Source of the DNA: an uncultured Gemmatimonadota bacterium
Lineage (GTDB): Bacteria; JAAXHH01
Length of the DNA: 64,000 bases
Reading direction: 5' to 3'
NCBI GenBank assembly: GCA_951812955.1
Contig: OX638340.1
Span: 2,688,001 to 2,752,000, forward strand
The first letter of the stretch is position 1. Every line of letters starts with the position of its first letter. Positions 1 to 8,891 of the stretch are shown one piece after another. Both the position numbers and the translations under genes were made by a program. The notes below the pieces were generated by a model. That model saw only the letters and a program-made list of their open reading frames with translations, made no database searches and was not told the origin of the DNA.

Positions 1-397
1 CGAAGGTCGACAGCTTCGCTTCGCCGCGGCCATACTTGGGCTCGGTACGCAGATGGCCCAGCAGCGTGATGTTGTAGTTCAGTCCCCGTATTCCGGCTTC
101 GGAGGCCATGCGCACGGTCTCGCACATGCGGTCCAGCGCACGGTCCCGCTCATCGCTCTTTCCCAGAAATATGGCTCCAGCTTCGTTGTCGAAGGCACTG
201 GCGGAACCCAGGGGGATATGGATCATCTCCAGGTTGATCCCGTACCGGTCGAACCGTTCACGCTGGGCTTTGAGCAAGTCGGCCGTCCACTCGGACCAGG
301 GCTCCGAAGGCGTCTGGTCCACGTTGAACACGCCGAGTTGGGCCAGGACCTCGATATCCGTGTCGTTTCTGCACCGGGTCTGTGTTCCGATGTACAT
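1..397 (-). CDS. TIM-barrel sugar-acid dehydratase, mannonate dehydratase (UxuA)-like. N-terminal part only; the gene continues beyond the window start.
   Basis: The minus-strand ATG at 397 has a GGAGG RBS 6 nt upstream. The N-terminus MYIGTQTRCRNDTDIEVLAQLGV...ALDRMCETVRMASEAGIRGLNYNI matches the UxuA pattern TLRNLAQCGIRTVCYNF. The plus-strand ORF 53..475 is the antisense artefact. Confidence 0.45.
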   Translation of the reverse strand, partial: MYIGTQTRCRNDTDIEVLAQLGVFNVDQTPSEPWSEWTADLLKAQRERFDRYGINLEMIHIPLGSASAFDNEAGAIFLGKSDERDRALDRMCETVRMASEAGIRGLNYNITLLGHLRTEPKYGRGEAKLSTF

Positions 398-547
398 GTA
401 ATTCCTCCAAAAATGAATGGTGATGTATTACTCGTGGTGCGTCAGGACTATGGCGCGTTAGATTCGTGTTCGTGACGCGGCTTTCATGATCTCGCCGCAG
501 CTTGACCTCGTTCCGTCAAACCACGACTATAGCCCGGTTCTTGATCC

Positions 548-1966
548 TCAACCCGTTCCTTCAGCGACCTCTTCCGATTCCTTGCCAAAGAGCCGGACGC
601 GCTTTCCGGCCAGCATGTCTCGCAGTTTGCTGCGAATCGCCCAGAGACAGGCCAGAGATGGGATCACCATCAGCGTTGTAATGACGAAGAAGGTCCCCCA
701 GTCGCCATCGAGCCAGTCGACCATCGCGCCGGAGGAAGCCGCGAAGATGGTCCGTCCCGCCGTCCCGATCGACGCGAGCAGGGCGTACTGCGTGGCCGTG
801 TACGTCCGGTCGACGAGCAGGGAGATGAAGGCGACGAAGGTCACGGTTGCGAAGGCGCTGGTAAGGTCGTCTACCACGACTGCGGTCGCGAACAGCAGTT
901 CTGACCTGTCCGACCAGGCCATGGTGGCGAACAGGAGATTGGTCACCGCCATGGCGATTCCCGCGGCGAACATGGCCCGGACGAGTCCGATGCGGATCGC
1001 GAGGAAACTGCCCAGCACGGTGAAAGCCACGGTGACAACCCAGCCCAGTCCCTTGGAGTAGAGGGCGATGTCCGACTTGGAGAACCCGATCTCCTTGTAG
1101 AAAATGAGGGACATGCGTCCGAGGAAGGCCTCGCCGATCTTGAACAGGAAGATGAAACCGAGCACGGCGGCGGCGATGGCGTACCCGTTGCGCCGGAAGA
1201 AGCTGGTCAGCGGGTTGGCCACGGTGCCTGCGAACCAGGCGACGACACGGCTGTACCTGCTTGGAATATGAAGGTGGGAGATGATCTTTTCATCATCCTC
1301 CACCTGTGCCGCGATGCGTTCCGAGGCGGCGGTCTCATGTACGAAGAGGAGGCCGATGTTGCAGAGGATGACCAGGGCGCCCAGACAGAGAAAGGTGGCC
1401 TGCCAGTAGTCTTCGACGCCGGCGCCTTGAAAGGCTTCCGCTGCCTCCAGGGCGATTACGCCGCCCAGTTTGAAGCCCGTCCACCATCCGACGACGGCCG
1501 TAGCCGCCCCGGCGGCCATGGACTCGCTTTCCGTCTTGCCGATCTGCTCGATACGCAGCGCGTCGATGGCGATGTCCTGGGTGGCGGACGCGATGGCAAT
1601 GGCGAGCCCGATGGCGACCACGCCGCTGAGATCGGCCGTCGGCTGGGCGACGCTCCAGAGCACGAGGCAGGTGAGGATGACGGCCTGCAGCGCGAAGATC
1701 CACGCCCGTCGATGTCCAAGCCAGGCCGTCAACAGGGGTATCCGGACCCGATCGATCAGCGGCGCCCAGAGGAAGTTGACGGCGTAAACGGCGAAGATCA
1801 GGCTCGCCCAGCCTATCGTGGTGCGGGAAAGGCCCTCTTCCTTCAACCATAAATTGAGGCAACTGCCAATGAGCACCCAGGGAAAACCGCTGATGATGCC
1901 CAGCAGGAGGATGCGGGCCATACGGCGCTCGAAATAGATCGACAGCGATTCCAAAAAGCTCCGCAT
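548..1966 (-). CDS. ampG: AmpG-family muropeptide MFS permease
   Basis: Polytopic MFS protein with an AmpG-like N-terminus (MRSFLESLSIYFERRMARILLLGIISGFPW...). The start is ATG at 1966, so the track ORF's 85-aa N-extension is not used. Confidence 0.8.
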   Translation of the reverse strand: MRSFLESLSIYFERRMARILLLGIISGFPWVLIGSCLNLWLKEEGLSRTTIGWASLIFAVYAVNFLWAPLIDRVRIPLLTAWLGHRRAWIFALQAVILTCLVLWSVAQPTADLSGVVAIGLAIAIASATQDIAIDALRIEQIGKTESESMAAGAATAVVGWWTGFKLGGVIALEAAEAFQGAGVEDYWQATFLCLGALVILCNIGLLFVHETAASERIAAQVEDDEKIISHLHIPSRYSRVVAWFAGTVANPLTSFFRRNGYAIAAAVLGFIFLFKIGEAFLGRMSLIFYKEIGFSKSDIALYSKGLGWVVTVAFTVLGSFLAIRIGLVRAMFAAGIAMAVTNLLFATMAWSDRSELLFATAVVVDDLTSAFATVTFVAFISLLVDRTYTATQYALLASIGTAGRTIFAASSGAMVDWLDGDWGTFFVITTLMVIPSLACLWAIRSKLRDMLAGKRVRLFGKESEEVAEGTG

Positions 1967-2068
1967 GGGATGCTCCGAAGGGAGTTTGCTTCCGCCCCTG
2001 CCGTGGTTCGTGAAGGGCGGCGAAGACGACGGGAATGTATGCACGCGGGGCCATATCGTCAATCGAAT

Positions 2069-2108
2069 TGAAAGCAGCGCCAGCCGCGCGAAAGCAGCGC
2101 CAGCCGCG
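2069..2108. repeat. Perfect 20-bp tandem duplication (gaaagcagcgccagccgcgc x2) in the divergent ampG / cytochrome c-PCuAC intergenic region
   Basis: Direct reading of the sequence at 2069-2088 and 2089-2108. Confidence 0.8.
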
Positions 2109-2199
2109 CCCGGGCCCAGTCGCGCGCGCCCGGGAAGAACATGGCTTTCCGCCGGCGGTAGTCGTTGACAGAAAGGCGGAATATCGCTAGGATAAAGCC

Positions 2200-3069
2200 A
2201 TGTTTTCGGCTGGTACGACACGGGTGCGGTTGCCTCGGACGCTGCGGATCTGCGGCAGCATATTGGTCCTCTATGGACTGGTGTTCTGCCACTTCGGATG
2301 CGGTTCGTCTGGTTCGGAGGTGGATCCGAATGACAGAGAGGCCGTGGCCCGGGCGTTCTTGGACCAGTTGATCGAGGGCACGATCACGCCCGGAACGATC
2401 GGTTTCCACGAAGTACCCGAACAGTTCGTGCAGGATGGGAAGGCGTTGTATACCCGGTACGGCTGTACCGTGTGCCACGGCATGGACGGCCACGGGGACG
2501 GGCCGGTCGCCTATACGCTGAAGCCACCACCCCGCGACTTCAGGGACCCCGGCGCCTACCGCGTCGGCCGCGACGTGGTCACGATCGCCGGCACACTGAG
2601 GGACGGCATGCCCGACAGCCCGTCCATGGTGCCCTTCCCCCATATCAAGGACGAAGAGCGCTTCAAGATCGCCATGTACGTGGCTTCGCTGCAGCCGGCG
2701 GACGACCTGGAGATCGCCGGGACCTGGGTGCGGGCCACACCGCCGAACCGCGACGTTACCGCCGCCTACCTGGTGATCAAGAACCGGTCGGACCGGACCC
2801 GGGAATTGCTGTCCGTCGAGACGCCGGCCGCTGAATACACGGAACTGCATACCATGCGGTACGTAGACGACATGATGGAGATGGAAAAGATTGAACGCCT
2901 GGTGGTTCCAGCGCAGGGCGAGGCGGCATTGAAGCCTGGCGGAAACCACATCATGTTGTTCGGTGTGAAACGACAGATGGTGGAAGGCGATTCGGTATCC
3001 CTGACTCTGCGTTTCGCCGACCAGTCGACCCGGAACATTGTGGCCGAAGTGTTGAAAAGCAAACCATAG
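2200..3069 (+). CDS. Cytochrome c domain fused to a PCu(A)C copper chaperone (DUF461). Signal peptide/lipoprotein-like N-terminus.
   Basis: CTVCHG heme-binding motif in the N-terminal half. PCuAC-like H/M-rich region in the C-terminal half (ELHTM...MMEMEKIERL...GGNHIMLFG). Confidence 0.7.
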   Translation: MFSAGTTRVRLPRTLRICGSILVLYGLVFCHFGCGSSGSEVDPNDREAVARAFLDQLIEGTITPGTIGFHEVPEQFVQDGKALYTRYGCTVCHGMDGHGDGPVAYTLKPPPRDFRDPGAYRVGRDVVTIAGTLRDGMPDSPSMVPFPHIKDEERFKIAMYVASLQPADDLEIAGTWVRATPPNRDVTAAYLVIKNRSDRTRELLSVETPAAEYTELHTMRYVDDMMEMEKIERLVVPAQGEAALKPGGNHIMLFGVKRQMVEGDSVSLTLRFADQSTRNIVAEVLKSKP

Positions 3070-3206
3070 TACCTACAATATGTTGTGTGTAGTAGTGGAA
3101 AAAAGTACAACATGCTTGTCTAATAGGATTTATTTGGGATTTCACACCACAAACAACTATCTTATAGATACTTCCTCAATTCCGTATACCTATCCCCCTA
3201 GGGAGT

Positions 3207-3404
3207 ATGTACATGCCTCGATCTGAGTCCAAACGCGTACAAGAACATGAAGCCATGCTCCAAGAAGCACTATCCCGTCCTGGTGTTAAAGAGGTCATGG
3301 AGGTTTATAGAGGATGGCTAGAATCAGACCAGGGAATGACCCCATATCGTGTGGCTACTAAGGAACCTCATCGGATCACGACAACTAATTCCACTAATCA
3401 ATAA
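3207..3404 (+). CDS. Hypothetical small protein (65 aa), first gene of the AT-rich islet
   Basis: ATG preceded by GGGAG at 7 nt spacing. No recognisable motif. Confidence 0.45.
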   Translation: MYMPRSESKRVQEHEAMLQEALSRPGVKEVMEVYRGWLESDQGMTPYRVATKEPHRITTTNSTNQ

Positions 3405-3428
3405 ACAGTGTGACGCGGGAGCTATTCG

Positions 3429-4433
3429 TTGCCAATCTGGAGCGAAATCCTTAAAGAGTTGACACCGACACAAAATGGACTTCCAGTTGATTTTGATGGC
3501 GTTCGAAGGAAATATCTACTGAAACTCCATCAGCACACGGAACGGAATGTAATTCTGTACGCCTCAGGATGGCTTCAAGGGGAAGCCCCTCCTGCGCTTG
3601 TTTCAATAAATGATGAAGACATACAGGCGTTCATGGAAGTTAGTCACGGTCTACATGGAGATCAGCTCGATCTGATCCTACATAGCCCCGGAGGTTTTCC
3701 CGAAGCAGCCGAAGCGATCGTTGCGTATCTGAGGTCTCGATTTTCTCATATAAGAGTAATTGTTCCACAACTCGCAATGTCGGCAGCAACTATGATAGCA
3801 TGTGCTGCCGATAAGATCGTGTTAGGCAAGCATTCATTTCTCGGTCCTACTGATCCTCAGATAATGCTGGCAACCCCTCTAGGTGTGCGTTCAGTACCGG
3901 CTCAGTCTGTCCTGGATCAGTTTGATCGGGCCAAGAAGGAATGTTCCGACCCAGCCAAATTGTCGGCTTGGTTACCGATGTTAAGTCAATATGGTCCGGA
4001 TTTACTGGTTCAATGTGAGACCGCGTTAGAAATGTCTAAAGTGCTAGTGAAGTCTTGGTTGGAATCGTACATGTTTAAAGGGATGGATGATCGTAAATCA
4101 AGGGCGGAAAACGTCTCGACGTGGCTCGCTGATCACATGGAGTTCAAAAGCCACAGTCGACACATACCACGCGAAGAACTTGAAGACCACCAGTTGTCGA
4201 TATCTAGGTTGGAAGAAGATACGATATTGCAGGACATGAGCCTTTCAGTGTTTCATGCAACTACTCATACCTTTTCCGGCACCCCCGCTGTAAAGATCGT
4301 CGAGAACCATACAGGTCGTGCATTCATAAAACAAAATGTTACTCAACCGGTGCAGGTTGCCATGCAGCCAGTCCAGTCGATAGAAGTTGCACCAGTACCA
4401 CTAGTAATGCCCGAACATAGTGCCGATAGTTGA
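3429..4433 (+). CDS. SDH-family (serine dehydrogenase proteinase, S49/ClpP-fold) serine peptidase
   Basis: Motifs ILYASGWLQG, LILHSPGGFPEAAEAIVAYLRS and AMSAATMIACAADKIVLGKHSFLGPTDPQ are typical of the ClpP-fold SDH/S49 family. TTG start with GGGAG upstream. Low GC. Confidence 0.65.
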   Translation: MPIWSEILKELTPTQNGLPVDFDGVRRKYLLKLHQHTERNVILYASGWLQGEAPPALVSINDEDIQAFMEVSHGLHGDQLDLILHSPGGFPEAAEAIVAYLRSRFSHIRVIVPQLAMSAATMIACAADKIVLGKHSFLGPTDPQIMLATPLGVRSVPAQSVLDQFDRAKKECSDPAKLSAWLPMLSQYGPDLLVQCETALEMSKVLVKSWLESYMFKGMDDRKSRAENVSTWLADHMEFKSHSRHIPREELEDHQLSISRLEEDTILQDMSLSVFHATTHTFSGTPAVKIVENHTGRAFIKQNVTQPVQVAMQPVQSIEVAPVPLVMPEHSADS

Positions 4434-5076
4434 ACCTACCCTAGGCGGCGGGATTCCCACTCCTGTTCGACGGTACTTCTGCTATTATGTGATTTCGATC
4501 TGCGCGGCCCTGCTGCTCATTCCAGGATGCCGCACCGAATCCCCTCCTCCGTCCCAGATCGACGTCCCCGCACTCCTGGACTACGGCGAACGCTTCGGCG
4601 GCGATTTCACGCTGACCGACCAGGACGAAGCGCTATTCAACCTTTCTGAATACCGCGGCGACGCCTTCCTGATCTTCTTCGGCTACACCTTTTGCCCCGA
4701 TGCCTGCCCGCTCATGCTCTCCAAGCTGGCGGCCGTCTACGACGTGCTCGATCTCGAACCAGGCCAGCACGTACGCACGGTATACATCACCGTCGATCCA
4801 TCGCGCGACACGCCCGAGCAACTCAGAGAGTACCTGGCCTACTTCTCCACGGTGGACGTCCGCGGCCTGACGGGATCGCGGGAGGAGATCGACGAGGTCG
4901 CCGAACGGTACGGCGTGCTGTACAAACTGCAGGAGCCGAACGAGGCGGGGCACTACCTGGTGGCCCACACCACCACCCTGTTCCTGGTGGATACGGAGGG
5001 CCGCCTGCGTTTCCGGTTCCATCCAAGCGACACCCCGGAATACATCGCGGCGGGCGTGAAACTGCTCTTCGAATAG
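4420..5076 (+). CDS. SCO1/SenC copper chaperone (thioredoxin fold, CxxxC)
   Basis: FGYTFCPDACP motif and conserved C-terminal H. Lipoprotein-like signal (LLLIPGC). The exact start is uncertain: 4420 is GTG and overlaps the islet end, and alternative GTG starts lie downstream. Confidence 0.8.
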   Translation: MPIVEPTLGGGIPTPVRRYFCYYVISICAALLLIPGCRTESPPPSQIDVPALLDYGERFGGDFTLTDQDEALFNLSEYRGDAFLIFFGYTFCPDACPLMLSKLAAVYDVLDLEPGQHVRTVYITVDPSRDTPEQLREYLAYFSTVDVRGLTGSREEIDEVAERYGVLYKLQEPNEAGHYLVAHTTTLFLVDTEGRLRFRFHPSDTPEYIAAGVKLLFE

Positions 5077-5142
5077 CCCGAGGATCTCAGGTTTTTAGGG
5101 ACCGATCGTGGCTTGCGGGATAGCTGTGCTTGTTCTGAAGAC

Positions 5143-7545
5143 CTAATGCTCGCGCCGCAGCGCGTCCACCGGGTTCATCGTGGCGGCCTGAAGGGTCTGG
5201 GTACTCACCGTGATCCAGGCGATGAGCAGTCCGAGCAGGCCCGCGGCGGGGAACAACAGCAGCGAGATCTCGGTGTGATAGGCGTACTGCCGAAGCCACT
5301 GCTGCGTGACGAAGTAGGCCGCTGGCCAGGCGATGACGTTCGCAATTACCACGAGGATGGTGTATTCCCTTGAAAGTAGCAAGACGAGTTGCCGCGCCGA
5401 CGCGCCCAGGGCCTTCCGGATTCCCACCTCCCTGGTGCGCTGTTTCGCCGTGAAGACCGCAAGGCCGAACAGTCCGAGGCACGCCGTAAAGACCGCCAGC
5501 CCGGCAAACATGGTGACGAGCCGTCCCAGCAACTGATCCGAACGATACAGGCGTTCCACGTCCTGGTCGAGGAACGAATATACGAAGGGGATATCCGGCG
5601 TGGACGCCTTCCACATGGCTTCCAGGTCCCTCAAGGTTCCGCCGGGATCGCCGGGAACGAACCGCACGGCCCAGTAGCCGGAACCCCCGAAGGTGAAGAT
5701 TACCGGATCGATCCGCTCGTGGAGGCTCCTGAGGTGGAAGTCGCCCACCACCCCGACGACCTGCATCTCGCTGTTCCCCATTTTTACGAACTGATCCATG
5801 GCTTCTTCGGGCGATCCCCATCCCAGTCGACGGACCGCCTCCTCGTTCAGGAGACTTCCGGTCGATCTCCCCCATCCTCCTCCATCTGGGTCCTCGACCC
5901 ATTCGAAATCTCTTTCAAAGGATATGTCGCGTCCGACAAGCGACTCGAGCCCGAGCGTCCGTACAAGACCGCCCTCGGTATGGATGTGTTGCATCTCGAC
6001 CGTCCCCGCCGCCGGGTCGTCTACGCGGCCCACGGGCAGGATCGGCAGTCTCCCCCGGCCGGCCGCTCGTCCGGGCATGTAGTTCGCCCCGGCAACGCTG
6101 ACTACCCCGGCGTGCTGTGGGTAACGATCACGGATCATGTCGAAGTCCATGCCCTCGAGGTCGGGCAGGATCACCACGTGTTCCTTCTCGAATCCCAGGT
6201 GTTTCTCCCGCATGTACTCCAGCTGCTGGTAGACGGTTCCCGTGCCGAACATCAGCAGGATGGCCAGGGAGAATTGCATGACCACGAGGGCTTTTCGCAG
6301 GGTTGCGGCGCCGGTACCCGAAAGTCCGCGAAAGATCGCAACGGGACTGATCCGGGACAGCAGCAGGGCGGGGTAGGCGCCGGCGAGGACGCCCGCCGTG
6401 AGGATAATAGCCGTGCCGCCCAGAATTGACCACGGTTCGAGCGAAGGCATGGAAAGTACGTGGCCCGTCATGGACCGGAAGAGGGGCAGGACCACCCAGA
6501 CAGCGGCCAGGGCGACGAGGAACGCCACGGCACTCAGGAGTATGGTTTCACCCAGGAACTGGCGGCCGATCTGGCTTCTGGTGGCTCCTGAGACTTTGCG
6601 CATGCCGATTTCCCGGGCCCGGGAGATGGACCGGACAATCGCCAGATTCGTGAAATTCATGCAGGCAATCAGCAGGATGAAGACCGCGATGGCGATCAGC
6701 ATCCAGATGAAAGACACTTCGCCGTTTGCCTCCATCTCCAATTCCAGTTGAGAATGCAGATGGATATCGAAAAGCGGCTGCAATTCATAGGTGTGGGTAA
6801 AGGCCGTCGCCCGGACCGATGCGTCGACATGTTCCGTGAGCCGTGTCTGCAGCAGGTTGCCTATCTGTTCGGGCGAGACGCCGAGCGGCAGGAGCAGGTA
6901 GGTGTAGTACGCGCTGTTCGCCCAGTTTCTCAAAAGACCGATAGGATCGCCGCGTCCGGTCGTCGTGGCGATGGAGACGTAGAAATCGGGATGATAGTGG
7001 GCGTAAGGCGGTGGGTCTTCCATGATGGCGGTGATCGTGAAGGGAAACAGGTGGTCACCGGTGATCGTCTTGCCGATCGGGTCGGCGTCCCCGAAATACT
7101 TGCGGGCCATGGATGCGCTGATGACCATCGTATTCGGCGCCGTGAGCGCGGAGGAAGGGTTGCCGCGCACCAGGGAGACATCGAAGACTTCGAAGAGGTT
7201 GCCATCCGCCCAGTAGACCCGTTGCTCATAGAACTGCTTGTCTTCGGTGGTGAAAAGCCAGGTCCCCACGGTCGCCCGAAGGCGGAGCACTTGCTCCACT
7301 TCGGGAAGCTGCGTACCGATGAAGTCGCCCAGAATGCCGGGCGTCCGCGCCGTGCGATCCGTGACGACCCGGTATATACGGTCGCCGCGGGAGTTGTGCC
7401 GGTCGTAGCTCAACTCGTCGCGGATGTACAGCAGGATGACCAGGCAGCAGGCCATGCCGATGGCGAACCCGATGACGTTGATCGCGGCGTGGGACCTGGA
7501 CGAGAGTACGTTCCGCCAGGCGGTTAGGAGGTAGTGTCCGATCAT
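5143..7545 (-). CDS. ABC transporter permease, FtsX/MacB-like, with two FtsX domains (800 aa)
   Basis: N-terminal TM followed by a MacB-type periplasmic domain and repeated FtsX 4-TM modules. Typical 800-aa standalone permease. Confidence 0.8.
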   Translation of the reverse strand: MIGHYLLTAWRNVLSSRSHAAINVIGFAIGMACCLVILLYIRDELSYDRHNSRGDRIYRVVTDRTARTPGILGDFIGTQLPEVEQVLRLRATVGTWLFTTEDKQFYEQRVYWADGNLFEVFDVSLVRGNPSSALTAPNTMVISASMARKYFGDADPIGKTITGDHLFPFTITAIMEDPPPYAHYHPDFYVSIATTTGRGDPIGLLRNWANSAYYTYLLLPLGVSPEQIGNLLQTRLTEHVDASVRATAFTHTYELQPLFDIHLHSQLELEMEANGEVSFIWMLIAIAVFILLIACMNFTNLAIVRSISRAREIGMRKVSGATRSQIGRQFLGETILLSAVAFLVALAAVWVVLPLFRSMTGHVLSMPSLEPWSILGGTAIILTAGVLAGAYPALLLSRISPVAIFRGLSGTGAATLRKALVVMQFSLAILLMFGTGTVYQQLEYMREKHLGFEKEHVVILPDLEGMDFDMIRDRYPQHAGVVSVAGANYMPGRAAGRGRLPILPVGRVDDPAAGTVEMQHIHTEGGLVRTLGLESLVGRDISFERDFEWVEDPDGGGWGRSTGSLLNEEAVRRLGWGSPEEAMDQFVKMGNSEMQVVGVVGDFHLRSLHERIDPVIFTFGGSGYWAVRFVPGDPGGTLRDLEAMWKASTPDIPFVYSFLDQDVERLYRSDQLLGRLVTMFAGLAVFTACLGLFGLAVFTAKQRTREVGIRKALGASARQLVLLLSREYTILVVIANVIAWPAAYFVTQQWLRQYAYHTEISLLLFPAAGLLGLLIAWITVSTQTLQAATMNPVDALRREH

Positions 7546-7671
7546 GGGTGATGCCGCCGCAGTGAGGAATGCTGCCGGGAAAACAGCCAGGGGTCCCTCA
7601 AGATACCAACGACACAGCCGGAATGTCCACCAGTTTGCGGTGCTGGAAGCCGCCGGGAGGCCAGGGCTCGC

Positions 7672-8778
7672 TTAAGGCGCCAGCCTGTTCCAGTGGACGT
7701 CCATGGCCGTTTCGGTACCCGCGTAGTACACCACCAGGACCGTGCCGTCGGGCAGGGCTTCCGCATAGGGCAGGCCGAAGGACCACACCGAGAAGCCCAG
7801 GGCGCCCTTGGGATCTTCCTTAGGCGCCTCGTGGGTATACAGGGTCACCTCGGTTTCCGGATCGAACGTCCCGTCGATGGAAGGCGCGACGCGGGCCTTG
7901 ATGGACTGGTCGTGGAAGCGGTCCACCCACGGCAGGACGATGCGTCCGTCCGGCAGCACCGCGGGATGGGCCGCCTGGTCGGTGACGCCGATGTCTTCCG
8001 GCGCGGACCAGGTTCGCCCGCCGTCGGAGCTGACGCGGCGGTGAATGTTCAGGTAGGATTCCGTTTCGGTGTTGTAGGTCCAGGCGAACGCACCGATTCT
8101 GCCGTCCGGCGCCACGGCCGACCGCAGATCCCAGTTGTAGATCAGGCCCGTCGGATCGAACCCGATGTTCACCGGTTCACCCCAGGTCCTTCCCCCGTCC
8201 GTGGAGTGAAATGCGACGACCCGCTGGTACCATTTCGAGGTGTCGAGGTAGTGCTTGTTGGTTTCGATGGTCATGACCAGGGCGCCGTCCGGAAGTTGCA
8301 TGATTGGATTGGTCAGGCTCGCCGGTCCAATCTCCTCCGGCATGGGTACCTCGCGCCACGCCGTCCAGGTTTTTCCCCCGTCCGCGGAGTCCGCCAGGAG
8401 GATGGACATGGGCACGCAGCCCTCGGTCTCCGGATTGAAGAGTCCCGGGGCGTCAGGATAGGTTTCGCGGTCGATCCACATTGATGCGGCGATGATCCGT
8501 CCGGGCGCCAGTTCAGTCAGGTAGACGATCTTGACCGTCCCCCGGACTCCGTGAAGCGTTGGGCTTCCGAAGGGGCGTTCGGGTGCGCTCCAGGTCTTTC
8601 CGAGATCGGAGGAGCGGCTGAGTTCCACCACTTCGTCCGCGCAGTCCTTCGTCGTGCCGCTGTGCCAGGTGGCGATCAGCGTGCCGTCGGTCTTGCTAAG
8701 GACTGAGGGGAACGTGAGATTGGCCCGGTCCGTGCCGGGCGTGCTGCGGCTGAGGACGCCGGAGTCGACGATGCGCAT
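7672..8778 (-). CDS. BNR/Asp-box repeat glycoside hydrolase, sialidase-like
   Basis: Four SxDxGxTW Asp-box motifs (SSDLGKTWS, SADGGKTWT, STDGGRTWG, SSDGGRTWS). Confidence 0.7.
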   Translation of the reverse strand: MRIVDSGVLSRSTPGTDRANLTFPSVLSKTDGTLIATWHSGTTKDCADEVVELSRSSDLGKTWSAPERPFGSPTLHGVRGTVKIVYLTELAPGRIIAASMWIDRETYPDAPGLFNPETEGCVPMSILLADSADGGKTWTAWREVPMPEEIGPASLTNPIMQLPDGALVMTIETNKHYLDTSKWYQRVVAFHSTDGGRTWGEPVNIGFDPTGLIYNWDLRSAVAPDGRIGAFAWTYNTETESYLNIHRRVSSDGGRTWSAPEDIGVTDQAAHPAVLPDGRIVLPWVDRFHDQSIKARVAPSIDGTFDPETEVTLYTHEAPKEDPKGALGFSVWSFGLPYAEALPDGTVLVVYYAGTETAMDVHWNRLAP

Positions 8779-8819
8779 GGTGGCTGGCCTTTCGAGATTG
8801 GTTGTTAAACCTTTTTCAG

Positions 8820-8866
8820 TTCGGATGTGCCTTCACGATTCGGATGTGCCTTCCATGTTCGGATCC
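8820..8866. repeat. Short tandem repeat (ttcggatgtgccttc x2 plus a partial third copy) upstream of the sialidase-like gene
   Basis: Direct reading of the sequence. Confidence 0.6.
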
Positions 8867-8891
8867 GGCAAGGATCCAATCCGGGTACCGA

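Larger units (their letters stand above)
3070..4435. other. AT-rich islet (about 45% GC against about 65% background). It carries two plus-strand genes and sits between the PCuAC and SCO1 genes.
   Basis: Sharp compositional shift in the sequence. Boundaries coincide with the stop of the PCuAC gene and the start region of the SCO1 gene. Confidence 0.7.

Noticed and set aside
548-2221. N-terminal extensions in the ORF track (AmpG 557 aa, PGM 768 aa, the 617-aa SBP ORF, metallopeptidase 483 aa, mnmA 442 aa, iscS 430 aa, PhyH 314/338 aa)
   Set aside because: The extension sequences are low-complexity and overlap neighbouring genes or repeat arrays. Internal ATG codons with Shine-Dalgarno motifs coincide with conserved protein N-termini, so the shorter starts were used.
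3070-4440. Classifying the islets as defined mobile elements (IS, integron cassette or prophage)
   Set aside because: No transposase, integrase, attC-like site or terminal inverted or direct repeats were found. The CCCTAGG palindromes near both ends of islet 1 are not positioned as flanking repeats. They are therefore reported only as compositional islets.
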